Below, in pieces: positions 13,475 to 27,206 of a stretch of 64,000 nt of DNA. Under the pieces are notes generated by a model, which was not told where the DNA came from, did not search any database, and saw only the letters and a program-made list of their open reading frames with translations. Source of the stretch: Heterodontus francisci (lineage: Eukaryota). A program made the translations under genes and the position numbers. Positions within the stretch are counted from its first letter, which is position 1; each line of letters opens with the position of its first letter. The stretch is from positions 216,807,056 through 216,871,055 of the forward strand of contig NC_090371.1 in assembly GCF_036365525.1 (NCBI RefSeq), given 5' to 3'.

Positions 13475-14405
13475 AAGATTCTGCCATATTTTTTCAATGG
13501 TAGAGTGTTAGACTAGTTCTGACAGTGACTCACAAGATATAGTTATGGACTGAATGGTGCTTAATTCTGGCTGAGCTAGAAGTGTGATTCCAATTCTGAA
13601 GACTAAATACAATTAAAGTCATCATTATATCCTAGTGTTTTAACATTTTTCTTGGTCTATACTTGTCTGAAGCCCTATTTTCAGTTGGAGAGAGATATTT
13701 CTGGTGGCTGTAACTCTTAGTAAATGTGCTACTTTGTGTGGTGCAGTGTATTTTGCTTTGATTTTAATTCAGTGAGTCTGTCAAATATGAGTGTCAGATT
13801 TAAAGCTAACTTAAATGGAGGCCAAGCATTGAGCTACTGTAAACAAGATAGGGGATCAACTGTCTTATGCAGACGATAGGAAAATTAATTTTGGAACAAG
13901 ACCTTAGGAATGACTGCTGTGATGTTGGAAAACAACAATGTATTTGTATAACATTCCTATGTCTCCTATCCCAACTGAGCCTTCAATAAGTTTGTTTGAA
14001 ATTGTTAACTTCTCTGGTAAAACAGCAGACAAAGGAATGACTTACACACGCTAGTATTTTAATATTGTCAATATTAATTTCTAGGCAAAGAGAAGGCCAT
14101 TTGGCCCCTGGAGTCTGTTCCTACTTCTTTCAGTAGACCATTTACTGGCATCATAACAAACTTTTTCTAATGTATTGACTTATCACAGAAGCACAGAGAA
14201 AATTTCCGAAAAGAGAAAATTCTCTGAAATTTCTCCTGGATTGCTAAAAGTAACAAAGAGAGAACTGCAGGATGTCAGATGAATATCACAACCTGTATCA
14301 CTCAACACTCACCAATTATTTTCCAGAGATGACAGTACCATGATCCTAGGAGGACTGGAACCAAATTGTTCCATGGAGGACCTGATGATCAATGTCAATG
14401 GCTAT

Positions 14406-15243
14406 TGTTACGACCAGGTGAAAAAGGTGTCTAGGGGTCCCTTTCAGCCTTCACCTGGTCTTACTGTAACAGGATTTAATTATAAACACTCGGTGTTTTG
14501 AGCTTCCCCTTGTGAATCCTTGTTCGCCCCTTTCCAATTATAAGGCAAAAAAATGAGCACAAACAGGCTTTCTTAGGTTTAAAGAAGAAAAGTGAAATTT
14601 ATTAAAACTTAAACACTAATTTGGTAATGCCTACTGATACACCCCATACCTCATGCTAGCATGCATATGCGATATGCACATGCAAATAGAGACAGAAAAG
14701 AGCAGAAGAAAAATAAAGTGGAGAGGTTTGAGGCAATGTCTGAAGAGTTTCTTGTTACTGTGCTTCGAGCTCACTGTAGAGTCCTTTTGTAGGTAGTTCT
14801 TGCTTGTAGATAATTCTTGCATTTCGTTGGGGCCCAGTATTCTTCTTAAACCTTGTTCATTGCAGGAGACTTTGCTCTCTTGGAGTTCCAATGTCTTCAA
14901 TGGATTCCAAAGCTGATGAGAGCAGAGAGGAGAGAGATGTTCTCAATCCAGGAATTCTCTGTCTTCAAAACACTGTTTCTCCAATTTAAAACTCTCAGTT
15001 CAAAACTCTGCAACAGCCAGTTAGTCATGTGACTAAACTGGTCTGACCATGTCCGTTCTGTATATTGGGAGCAGGGACTGGTTCCTTTATTCCAACATTG
15101 TCTGCTAATATGCAAAAATGTCTTTCCGGCTTGGGGCCTGACAATTCCTTGTAACAGGCCCTCTTTTCTTCCCAGCAACAATTTGGTGAAAATGTGGTGA
15201 AATTAATATGCCTCATTCTTGGCAGTTGGGGGTCTGCATGACA
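14406..15243 (-). repeat. 3' LTR of the Gmr1-like element
   Basis: Near-identical to 18139-19001; preceded on the - strand by purine-rich gggtgtggagg (PPT-like). Confidence 0.9.
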
Positions 15244-16431
15244 CCTCCACACCCAGGGGAATAAAATGCAATTTGAGAAAAAAGGTGCATGTCATTAAAA
15301 GGTTTGAGAGAAATATAAGATACAGAAAGAAAAAACATGCATTTTTCTCATTCATTTCCATTTATTCATAAATCTTAAAGCTTATTAAAATTGTCTTTTC
15401 TGGGTGCCAGTGCTGCTTTAATTTCCCCTTTTTAACATCCCAGTAACCCTGTGGTTCTTTAGGGAAGTTTTTCTTCAGTTTGCCGATTGCCATGACTGCC
15501 TAGGGTCTTTGTTCCTGTTGAGGTCATTTTTTTTTCAGGCGTGTTAGTAGTGGGCGGGTCTATCCTGAACACTCTTTCAGTGTTTGCTGAGTCATGCAAA
15601 GGCCTTTGACTTCAGGGGATGGGTGATTTTCTTTTCCTCTGACGGTGGGCGAGGATTCTTTTTTAATCTCCCCTTTGTTCTCTGGGACACCCCTGCCTGT
15701 AGGGACTTGAGCAGACTTGACTGCACTCTCCTGTGGCACTTCGACTAGGTGAGACATCACCCTCACAGTTTCTGTGCCCCCAAGAGCTCTCTCTTTCTCT
15801 CTGCAGGTTCCTGTAAATGCTGTTAGCAACTCTGGTGGGGTGCTTCTAGAGTCTGCATTTACATAGGAGGATGTGGGATCTAACTTTGCAAATTTTTCAG
15901 GATTGGCTGACTGGTCAGTAGAGGTTTTGATCCAGGATTCCTCCTGGACTTCCTTTAACCTACCCTCTTGGTCACTTTTTCCCCTTCCCTGTCTAACCTT
16001 TTGCCAGCCATGTGCCTGCCTGCCCCTTTTTGTACTCGGTGGGGGTTCACCAGCCCTCTGCTGGAGGGTCCTCCTAACACCGGTGCAGGATTTAGGGGTG
16101 CAGGTTTCACTGTAGGTTGGGGTTTCTCCTCAATCTGGCACATGTGCAGCTCCTGCAATACTCCAATACATCTTTGTGGAGTTTTGGCCAGTCAAACTGT
16201 TGTCTTATGTGGACGTTGATCTTTTGTATACTGGCATGTCATCTCGTGGGCCCTTCTTAATACTTCTCCCCGGTACCTCTGTGGCAGCACTAACTGGTGA
16301 ACTACTATCCACTCCTTGCCCTCAGGTCTGTGAGGAGAACTCCATTTCCTCATCAGTACCTCATTCTTTAAATAGTAGCAATCAGGGACTCCCTCTGCTT
16401 CACTTTCAGACTGGGCAGTCTTTGCTAACTC

Positions 16432-17451
16432 TTACAATACTGGGTCGGCTCGCTGAGCCTCAGCTAGGGAAAATCCATTTAATTCATTCTCTGGGTCTCC
16501 TAACCTTCCAAAGAAAGTTTCGGACAGGCAGACCTCATGGTCACCCGCCTGCAGTGCCAATGCAATCTCCTCTGGAGGAGCTGGTTTGATCATGGCCTGA
16601 TCTATTGCACATTCAGGGAAACTGCAGGGGTCCATCTCCCGCCACTGCCCTGTCTCTCTGCCCTCCTGCGGTCTTTCTTTCACTACTGGAGGGGCTACCA
16701 CCTTCTTCACCCCGGCCAGATCATGACCTAGGAGCAGGTCAACCCTGTCCACAGGCAAACTAGGAACAATCCCTACAGTTATCGATCCTGAAACTAGGTC
16801 GCGCTCCAGGTGCACCCGGTGTAAAGGTACGGGCATTAAGTGCCCTCCAATACCATTCACCACCATTCTGGTGTTCACTGCACTCTCTGGGGGAAAGGTG
16901 AGGCCTTTCCCCAGTAAAAGGGATCTAATGAACCCTGGGTCCCTGAGAATTACTATGGGCTTGCTTGCCCCACTCGAGGGGTATGGTATTACTTTCCCTT
17001 CAAACACAAAACCCTGATAACCTTCAGGAATCCTATTAGCTTTTCCTGCACTGGCCATAGTAAGTTTCCTGGGTTGCATTCTTATTGCAGTTAAAGCCAC
17101 AGCTTGTTCTGCTGTGCTTTCCATCAGGTTCTCGTCCTTGTTGAACGGGTGTGCCCTGATTAACCCTACCGGTTTTGCCTTTAGTTTCCAGCAGTCAGCT
17201 TTTAAATGCCCTGCTTTATTACAATGGAAACACACAGATCTCCGGGTCTCACTCTTGCTCACAGCACCTTTCCTTTTGGCTGGAGGAGGGTCCCCTGTGT
17301 CTCCTGCTTTCCTTTCTCTTCCAGGACTGCTTGGGCAGAGATCACCTTCCCACCCTTCATCCTTTTTGGATTTGCGGGGATGATTGGGAAAGATTCTCCC
17401 CTGGGAAACCGACTTATAAATTAAAGCAAATTCATCAGCCAGAATGGCCAC
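16432..17451 (-). pseudogene. gag C-terminus / zinc knuckle / protease ORF of the LTR element (339 aa)
   Basis: LADEF, CFHCNKAGHLKADC, ILRDPG, LLLGHDL motifs. Confidence 0.8.
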
Positions 17452-18138
17452 TTGCCAGGCGCTGCTCCTCCATATTGGCTATGCTTTTGCTGGGGTTACT
17501 CTGTCGCCCCCTAGTTAATTCAAGCCGCTTCAACTCTCTTTCTTCGCATTTTTTTCTGGAATATTCTCTCTCTCTCTCTCTCCTGTCTTTCATTTTCTTC
17601 ATATTCCTTCTGGAAGGCTCTTTCTTTCTCTTCCCGTTCCTTCTGGAAGGCTCTCTCTTTCCCCCTCTTCTGCCTCTCTTTCCTGTCTCTTCCTTTCTCT
17701 TTCCTGTCTCTCTCTCTCTCTTTCTCTGTCCCTGTCTTCTAATTCGAGTTTCTTCTGTTCCAATTGTATCTTTGCTAGAGTACCCTGTCACAGTCTGCTT
17801 CTAACACTGCTTCTGATTCTTCAGATTCAAGGGAAAAATGGTTGGCCACTAGCCTTAGGAGTTCAGACTTCCTAGCCTTGCCACGTAAAGTGATTGCACA
17901 TTGCTCAGCCAATTTTCTCAGCTCCTCCATAGACATTGCTTTGAACTTATCCCAAGTTACCTCACCCTGGCTTGGCGAACTACTAGCTTCAGTTGCAAAC
18001 ATGTGACTATTCAATCACACACAACCACAAGAAAACCTATATTAATCTTGCTTTTTTTTTGATAGGGAGCAATTTGGCTTCCCACTTCCAATTTCTCTCG
18101 TTTGTGGGTAAAACTCTGGACGCTAGCACCCAAATTTC

Positions 18139-19001
18139 TGTTACGACCAGATGAGAAAGGCATCTAGGGGTCCCATTCAGTCTTCATCTGGTCTTACAAC
18201 AGGATTTAATTTTAAACACACCGTATTTTGTGCTCCCCCTTGGTGAATCCTTGTTCACCGCTTTCCAATTACAAGGCAAACAAATGAGCACAAACAGGCT
18301 TTCTCAGGTTTAAAGATGAAAAGTGATATTTATTAAAACTTAAACTTAAATTCTAAGTCAGTTAACGCCTACCGATACATGCCGCGCCCCACGCTAGCAT
18401 GCATATGTAATACGCACATGCAAATAGAGACCGGAAAGAGCAGAAGAAAAATAAAGTAGAGAGGTTTGAGGCAATATTTGAAGAGTTTCTTGTTACTGTG
18501 CTTCGATCGCACTGTAGAGTCCTTTTGTAGGTAGTTCTTGCTTATAGGTAATTCTTGCTTTTCGTTGGGGCCCAGTATTCTTCTTAAACCTTGTTCACTG
18601 TAGGAGACTTTGCTGTCTTGGGGTTCCTGTGTCTCCAATGGATTCTAAAGCTGGTAAGAACGAGATGAGAGCAGACAGGAGAAAGATGTCCTCAATCCAG
18701 GAGCTTTCTGTCAGTTCAAAACACTGTTTCTCCAATTTAAAACTCTCAGTTCAAAACTCTGCAACAGCCAGTTAGTCATGTGACTAAACTGGTCTGACCA
18801 CGTCCATTCTGTGTATTGGGAGCAGGGACTGGTTCCTTTGTTCCAACATTGTCTGCTAGTATGAAAATATGTCTTTCCGGCTTGGGGCCTGGCAATACCT
18901 TGTAAAAGGCCCTCTTTTCTTCCCAGCAGCAATTTGAAGTTTAATGTCCATGTGGTGAAATTAATATGCCTCATTCTTGGCAGGTGGGGGCCTGCATGAC
19001 A
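18139..19001 (-). repeat. 5' LTR of the Gmr1-like element
   Basis: Followed on the - strand by tgggtgctagcgtcc, a degenerate tRNA-Pro-type PBS. Confidence 0.9.
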
Positions 19002-19629
19002 CTATCCTTAAGCACTTCAAATCCTTTTTGTACCCAAACATTCTTCCAGCTCCTTTTTAAAGAAGTTAATCAACATAGCATTAGCATTAGTTGCCTTTGA
19101 TTGGAGCCTGATCCTCATATCTGTTACGCTGCATGAAAACATGTATATTTTAATCTTCAATTTCACTTGACACTTGTTAATTTTGCACTTCAGTCTTCTA
19201 ATCTTGCAATCACAGTCTAATTTAAAGCCGCAAATCAAAGATCTAGCATGTGTACCGGGACTAATAATCTCATACTCACTCGGACTTGTTCTGGCATTTT
19301 GATATCCCCTGACAATGTTGGTCATGGGGTCATTCTCCCTTTTCACTCTACTGCTCAGTTTTATTTTATCCCATCCAATAACCATTCGTACACAGTAATT
19401 CAAACACATTACATTTTATCAGTAATGGATTTAAGATACTCTCACTCAGACTATTAATAACTGCAAATTTTTGACTTGTTACATGTGCTTATTTTGCTAT
19501 GTTCTTTGCTGGACCATCATATGTACTATAACACTTGGAATGTCCTGAGGTTGTGAAAGACACTATATAAATCCAGGTCTTACTTTTCTTTTAATCCCAA
19601 CCATCCCTTAACTGCAGTCTCTAGCTGAA

Positions 19630-20385
19630 TTTTTTAAATTCTTTCATGGGATGCAGTCATCCCTGGCTAGGCCAACAGTTGTTGCCCATCCCGAGTTGCC
19701 CTTCAGAAAGTGGTGGTGAGCTGCCTTCTTGAACCATTGCAGTCCACCTGGTATAAGTAAACCCACAGTGCTGTTGGGGAGGGAGTTCCAGGTTTTGATC
19801 CAGCAACCGTGAAGGAAAGGTGATATAGTTCCAAGTCAGGATGGTGTGTGCCTTGAAGGGAAACTTGCAGATGGTGGTGTTCCCATGCATCTGCTGCACT
19901 TGGCCTTCTAGGTGGTAGAGTTTAGAAGGTGCTGTCAAAGGAGGCTTGGCGAGTTGCTGCAGTGCATCTTGTATATGGTACACACTGCTGCCACCATGCA
20001 TGGGTGATGGAGGGAATGAATGTTTAAGGTGCTGGATGGGGTGCCAATCAAGTGGGCTGCTTTGTTCTGATTGGTGTCAATCTTCTTGAGTGTTGTTGGA
20101 GCTGCACCCATCCAGGCAAGTGGAGAGTATTCCATCACACTCCTGATTTGTGCCTTGTAGATGGTGGACAGGTTTTGGGGAGTCAGGAGGTGAGTTACTT
20201 GCCAGAGAATTCCCAGCCTCTGACCTGCTCTTGTAGCCACAGTATTTATATGGCTACTCCAGTTCAGTTTCTGGTCAATGGTAATCCCCAGGATGTTGAT
20301 AGTGGGGTATTCAGCGATGAATGTCAAGGGGAGATGGTTAGATCCTCTCTTGTTGGAGATGGTAATTTCCTGGCACTTGTGTAGC
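19630..20385 (-). mobile_element. CR1-group LINE 3' fragment (same family as 5110-6356)
   Basis: ORF 19935..20327 ILGITIDQKLNW..YKAQIRSVMEYSPLAW. Confidence 0.85.
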
Positions 20386-22544
20386 TCAATTGCTTCTGAC
20401 CCTGGGATTTAGATGGCCTCTGGGATGTACAGGCAAACCTTCTGCCCCTGCCCAGATCAAACTCCCCATCCCAAAAGCCGGTCAATGGAATTTCTGATCT
20501 AATCTTTTCCATAACTTCAGTTACATAATAATGATAGCTCAATATTTAATGACACACTTTAATAAAATAATACCATATTGCACAATATAAATTAAACTGA
20601 TCCGTTGCACTGAATCTTGATAAAATGTTTCAGATTTTATCGTGTGCATTGAGTCTGTCGTCTAGATCCCGATTGCTGAGCCTGTTACCTTTCCTCATTG
20701 GCTCAGTCGCTGTGTTTTTCTCCTTTTCTGTCGTCATTTTATTTTCATTATTCACCATTCATGTTGCATAAAAGCTTTCTCCAATTTTCACTCCAATGAC
20801 ATTTCACCAAACAATCCACCAAATCAAATTGCACAAAAAAATCTCTTCAAGGTACAGCCAGCTCAGCCTATTGCCATGAGAAAGCCACCAGCAATGTATA
20901 CATGTTTAATTCTATTTGTTTTATTCTTAAGTATTATCAAGAATGTCAGTAAAGATTGAAGAATATAGGGCAAGAGTTTAACCCATTCAAAACCCATCTG
21001 CTTGCATAGAATTATAATTGGGCCCTATGTTGTTAATGATATGCTACAAGGTTACAGTCAAGCCATACAGTGTGTAGCTGCAGCCAATCGCCATTACAAT
21101 CTGACAAGGTTTACAGTGATCACTGTGTGAAACAAAATGGCATATTTACCTTTAACTCAAACATAGTAGCCAGAACAAGGGCTGTCTTTTACCAAAGCGG
21201 GGCCCTTTGGTCTATCTAGAGCAACATACTGGAATCAACACAGTGCCTATCATCAGTGAACCACAGTCCAGGTGGTTCCGGGATGGAACAAGACAGATAA
21301 GGATCTGTGCTAGTCATATAGATGAGAAAGCAAGGAAAAGAAAAATTGCCTCAACATTTGCTGATTGGTGGAGGTCCCTCATGCATCCAGGGACCTTGTT
21401 TCTAAGGCTGTCACAGGCAGCTAAAGCCAGGTTTGGCACAGTCTTAGAATCCAGGCAGAAGCTAGCTTGAAAGCTGCATGAGGATCTGAGGATAGAATCA
21501 TCCAGAGTGTTTTTTGCTGCTGGTCATGATTACTATATCTTCCAACTTCTAAACAATGGCATAGGGAAGTCAAGGTGGTGATTTCCGGAGACTCGCCAGT
21601 TTATCGGAGATTTTCAACAGGTAGTGTTTATTTTCGAATATTATCTCTGCTGCATAATTTTAACAAATTGCTGCAGAAGGGTTTCTTTGAATTTCCTTCT
21701 GTAAACTTTGAAGCAAATTTCTTATTTTTACAAAGCTTACAACTTACCGATAGACTGTCAGCAGACTTCAAACAAAATCTGTCTCCCTTTTTCCACTTAT
21801 TCTGACACCCTGGCTAAATACAACAGTAAATAGATTTTTTATTCTTTCTGCAGAAATTCTGTTTTTTTTTTAACCTTCTAATAGGTTCTATCTCAGGCTT
21901 TTGATGAAATGTCTTTTTCCTCTGAAGGCTCACTCCAACAGGTTCCTCTTTCCTCTGTATGTGAAGTTTCTTCAAAATATTCACTCTTCCAATTCTTTTC
22001 ATCTAAGTTCCTTTTTTGTTGCTTTCCTTCTTTGAGTTGAGAAGAGCTTTTCTCCCTCTTAAAACATCTCAAAACAAGGTAGATCTTGTGACAGTCGAGC
22101 ACCCTACTTTAAATCTTCCATGTGCGCCATTGTCACCACTGATCAATCTGAACTGCAGTGACCAGTTTGATATCAACGGATTACCACCAAATCAGTCAAT
22201 CGCTGACAACCGTGAGTACCGAGATTCAGAAAAGATGTGAATGTAGTGACAAGTCGAATCACTCCAGTGTGAGACTCATAAGAAAATTCAGGATCCTGCT
22301 GGACATTTTGTGACCCTAGGAGGGTCTATATTACTACTTTAGAATACATATCTGTAAAAGTAAAAGGTTTACATTTAACTTGCTTATGCCACTGTCCAGG
22401 CATCACACTTTATTATAGATGCAAAGTTAAATTAAACTGTGATGCAATCTTAAAAAAAGAGAAGGAAAACCAGAAATTCAGAGAGAAGCAGATTAGGTAC
22501 ATAATTGCTTGAGAGATGATTTTTTTCTGCAGTGAGCTGTTATG

Positions 22545-22716
22545 ATCTGTAACGCATTGCCTAAAGGAAGGTGAAGCAGGTTCAATAGTAACTTTCAAAA
22601 AGATATATATTTGAAGGGGAAAACATTGCAGTGATATGGGAAAATGTAGGGGAGTGGGACTTTCAAAGAGCTGGCACAGGAGCCTCCTTCTGTGGTGTGT
22701 GATTCTATGATTCTGT
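22545..22716 (+). mobile_element. CR1 3' end
   Basis: gaagcaggttcaatagtaactttcaaaa..gattctatgattct tail. Confidence 0.6.
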
Positions 22717-22738
22717 GACGTTGAAGGGAAGACATCAG

Positions 22739-23174
22739 GGCTGGAATTTTACGGTCCCAAACGAATGGGCTGGTGGTGAGTGGGAGGCAGTGAGGGCAGG
22801 GGGTAGCCATTCCCGACCCCCTCCTGTCCCCGCTGCAATTTGACGTGGGGCAGAGGCAATGGCGTGAAACAGCACAACACACGCCCGCCCCACAACACGC
22901 CCCCCACATCCCCCAACCGACCACCCTTGCCTCCCCAGGGGCTGGCCAATTGTCCCCAGCGAGGCCCCAAAAACTTACCGTCCTTCCTATTGCTGTGGTG
23001 GCTGGGTGTAGTCCCTGCAGTGGCCTTCTCTCCCGGTAAAGTCCCACCGAAGGCTACTTAAGGACCTGGGGAGTGAAAAATCCCAATGTGGCACCCCAAG
23101 CTCAGTGGAGGCGGGCTCACCAATGACTTTTTGGCCGGTGGGTGGTGCCTCTCACCTAACGTAAAATTCCGGCC
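22739..23174. mobile_element. Harbinger-type MITE
   Basis: TIRs ggctggaattttacg / cgtaaaattccggcc; 3-bp TSD CAG. Confidence 0.8.
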
Positions 23175-23269
23175 CAGGTTTCTGGAGTTCCGGGTGTATT
23201 CTGGGACAGAGAGAAGTTGTACAAGGGGATGCATTGGTTATGGTGTCCAATGCACATTTGATTTGAAAA

Positions 23270-23705
23270 TGATATAAGAGGATTGAAAGATAAAAAGTTT
23301 TTCACCATTATTCAAGTAGGGAGAAAGGGACAAACCAAGAGATTTCAATGTCAGTAATGGGAAATTGCTGGAATCCATTATCAAGGACAGATGACGTGTG
23401 CACTTTGAAAAGTGAGAGTTCGCACTGCATTGTGAAAGACAGGCTGCATCTAAATAACCTAATAATGTTCTTTGAAGAGGCACTGAGGTGATAGATAGAG
23501 GATTAATGGATGTTGTACACATAGCTTTGTAGAAGCATTTGATAAAATTCGAAACAATAAGATATAAGCTTAAATTCAAGTTTATAGAACTGGAGATAAC
23601 ATTGTGTCATGGAGAGGAAATTGGTGCATGGGTAAGCGGCAAAAAGTTGGGATAAAAGGAATATTCTTGGGTTCATGATCAGTGACAAATGGTGCTCCAG
23701 GGATC
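23270..23705 (+). mobile_element. Highly decayed CR1 RT fragment
   Basis: Remnants of GKLLESII, KAFDK and VTNGAP-like motifs. Confidence 0.5.
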
Positions 23706-23879
23706 AATGCTTTTTGCTTTGTAAAGATAAATGTAGAAACCTGCATTCCTGATTGGGAGACATATCAGGAATTGAAATGTGTGATCCCCAAGATGTTCCA
23801 TCCAATGCACTTGCATTTGGAACATTCTAATAAGGTACCATATAATTACAAGTTCTTCCTTTCTTTTTTAAGAGTTTGA

Positions 23880-24550
23880 TTTGACCAGCCTGCTGAAGAT
23901 GGGCTTGGAGGTAGGAGGGATGGTACAATGGTTGTTGAAAGCATCAGGAGGAGAGCCTGCCATCTTCCTGCTGCCATGGGATATTACCAGCGGCGGAGGC
24001 AGGCAACCAATTCAGCCAATAATTGGCCCATTATCAGCCACTTCCCACCTCCACCAACATTTTACAGGTGGCAGCAGGAGTCGCTGCCGTGTGGGAAGAA
24101 CACCAGGTAAAACCTAGTGGTCTCTTAACGGGTTCTCGGGGGTGGGGGAGGGGTGGGGGAGGGGTGGCCTCCTTTACTGCTGCTCCATGGCCCAAGGAGG
24201 GGCCCCACAGCAGCAATGGCCACCCCCGTGGCTAGAGTGCCGTTGCTGGAAGGTACAACCCCCTGACCACTCGTGCCCAATCACCAGTGCCTGCCTGCTT
24301 GGCCCAGGCCTGGTTTAAAAAACTTACCTTGCCTTTGAGGACGCCTCAGTGTGGTGGCACCCTCTTCTTCCTGTAGCCTCAGCAGCGGCCACCTCTATCA
24401 TCTTCAATTGGACGGTGGTCCCGGCAGTGGCCACTTAATTGGCCGCCACTGGCAAAATGCTGCCCAGGGCCCCGCCACCCACCTGCGTACAGTCAGGTCC
24501 CACTTTTGGTCCTGGTGGCAGGACTACTAACTTTTTTGAAAAATTCCAGC
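23880..24550. mobile_element. Partial Harbinger-type MITE
   Basis: GC-rich family motifs (ggccacttaattggcc) and right TIR aaaattccagc. Confidence 0.55.
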
Positions 24551-26478
24551 TTCTGTCTCTGATCTACACTGTCCCGGCGTGGAGTGCTAGATACTGACAT
24601 TGGAATTCAGAAGTGGAAATTCCTCAGCGCTGGCATTCTTCATTTTGATGAGCACAAAACTTGTCAAAGGGTTAGAGTTATCTCACAAAGAATCTATTTT
24701 GCCAATGTTGGGGAAAATAGAGATTATTTGCAAATGTGTTCAGCCCTGAAATGACTTCCACTCTTCACTATTTATTGGAGAACCTTTATTAAAATAATAG
24801 AGAAACTTGAAATGAATGCTTTAAGCATTCATATATGAGTATGCACATTGAGTAATTTCAAAACTTGATAAGTTAATTTCTCAGGAAACAGCTAAGAATC
24901 ACTTATATCTTGGCTGGAAAATTGCAAATCACCAAATAACTAGATCACCCAACATGATTCATTGTTAACCCACGAAGGACAGGAACTGATTTAAAAGAAA
25001 TTTCCAAAGATTAAAAGGTTCAGCCAACAAAATAAATAGGTAAAAGAAAACCACTGCTTTTAACACCATTGTGTGGATGCAGCTAAGTATTCTTAAGTTT
25101 CAACTGAAGTGTTAAATATGCTTATATTTGAACAATTATAACTGTTATTGTAAGGGGCTCGAAGGTAGCCAAATGAGAAAAGAGACATTCTGACTCAGGG
25201 AGGTCCATTTGAAAGTGAAACAATAAGGTGCTGTTCTACCAGAGTCCAGCTAATCCACAGTAATGCTAATCTGATATGTAATGGGCATCTCTTCAAAATG
25301 TGCTGGAGATCTGGGAGCAGCTATCAGTCCTGGAGACCATCAGAAAATAATGCAGTTAGGGAATTGTCTGCTACTGTCTATCAAAACACAATGTTCCCAA
25401 AGATTCTGTAATCAGCCATGATTAAATAACAGCAGCACAACTCACTTTTATATACTGCACTTCACTAGAAGAACCTCTTGGAGTGTTTTATAGTAGGAGG
25501 AAGACACTGAAGAGGAAACAGAAAATAAGTACCTAAAGGATTCAGGTGTTCTAAAGTGACACAGCAGACTCCCATTATAATGTATCTCTTTAGCTCCCCA
25601 AGGAAAAACAGCAGGTAAAACATTGTAAAACTACTTCAGGTGCATTTGGGGAATTACATCCAAAATGTGCTTGAAATTGTGCTTGTTAGGCTACGCATCA
25701 AGTTTCCAATAAACTTCATTTGTAAAATCACAAACGTAAGGTCTTCTATGAACCAGTGCAATTGGTCAACATAATTGTTTCATTTCTTCTTCCTGTTATG
25801 TGATTCTTCTCATTACATTTCCTACTAAAAATTATTCCTTGATATATTTAAGAGCTAATTAATACAGCTGAAAACAGGTTTATCACCAAAATTAAGCATT
25901 TTTAATCAGGGTTTCCAGACCTCCACCTGCGACTGATTTGATTTAAAATCACTGAAAATTACTGAAAAAAAAATACTGAACCATTTAATAATTTCATTGG
26001 TGTAACTAATCGGTTTCTTCAAAAATTTAATATTTTTTGATATGAAGAAACTTTTAAAATGTGCCTGTGCACCTAAGTAAATGAAAGCAATTTGAAGAGC
26101 CTTCCTGAACCAGTGCAATCAGTGTACGCTTGCAATTTTGACTTGCAGGTGTAGCCAGTTTTGTGTCGGAGCCTGATACCGGTGAATTAAAACTTGAAGT
26201 AAAAGCTCGTGGATAACATATGCATGAGTGGTTTTGGTCATAACTCACCTATGTTTTAAATTCCCAATCATTTGTGTAGTTTGGCCAATTCCACCCAGAT
26301 TGCACTAGGATCTAGATGCAAAACTTGAGGAAACATGGGGTAACATCCCACATGTCCTTTTCCCAGAACCAAACTAAAGGGATGCCATCCTACTGAAAAA
26401 AATGCCTTTGCCAATCTTTTTCTTTGTTTACAAATCTAGGAGCAAATGGTGAAAATCACATTGCATAATTTACTTATG

Positions 26479-27206
26479 GGCTGAAATTTTACGAGGAGGT
26501 GGTGGCCCCACCCACCAGGCTGGAAAGTCAGAGCGAGCCTGTCTCCACCAACTCTGGAAGCCAGAACTGTATTTTGTGTGGCTCAGGCAATTAATTGCCT
26601 GTAGTCATGGCTTCCGCCCCTCTGAGGCACAATTTCCCACCTCCAGGAGCTACCAGCTAATCAGAGGGCCAGCAACTCTTCAGTCCCAGCAGTGGCCACT
26701 GCTCCCAGTGGCCACTGTTGGGACTGCAGCAGGACTCAGACCCAGCCAGCGATGGGAGCTGGAGAGAAAGGTAAGTGGGGTCGGGGCTCGCCTGGGACCA
26801 GTAAGCACGAGGGTGGGGTGGTGGTGTTCCAGCGGGGGCATCTTATGCCGCTGGGTGGGCCCTCCATGGGGCACAGGGTACCCAATCAGCAGGACCCCCC
26901 TCCCCCAACCTGCAAGGAGGCCACCAGATATTACTGAGCAGCCTCCCCAGGTGGCGGAGTCCATACACGACTGGTAAAATACCAGTAGTAGCAGGAAGAA
27001 GCTCTCAGGTAAACATTAATTGGCCATTTTAGAGCCACAGTTGGCCTAAGGACAGGTGGGCAGGCTGCACCTCCCCCACAGCTGGTAAAATATCAACAGG
27101 GGCGGGTAGCGATTGGTACAGCATCCCCTGCCGTCCCACCCGATTTTACACTCCCGCCTCCCAGCTTGCTCCCAAGGGGAGAAGTAGGGTGTGTAAAATT
27201 CCAGCC
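26479..27206. mobile_element. Harbinger-type MITE
   Basis: TIRs ggctgaaattttac / gtaaaattccagcc; TSD ATG. Confidence 0.8.

Larger units (their letters stand above)
14406..19001 (-). mobile_element. Internally deleted Gmr1-like Gypsy LTR retrotransposon
   Basis: Two TG..CA LTRs (14406-15243, 18139-19001); 4-bp TSD CTAT at 14402-14405 and 19002-19005; gag knuckle CFHCNKAGHLKADC; protease-like ILRDPG; integrase H2C2 region directly after the protease. Confidence 0.9.

Noticed and set aside
21560-22320. Short ORFs and a possible hAT-like MITE
   Set aside because: No recognisable domain, and the putative TIRs are too degenerate to support a call
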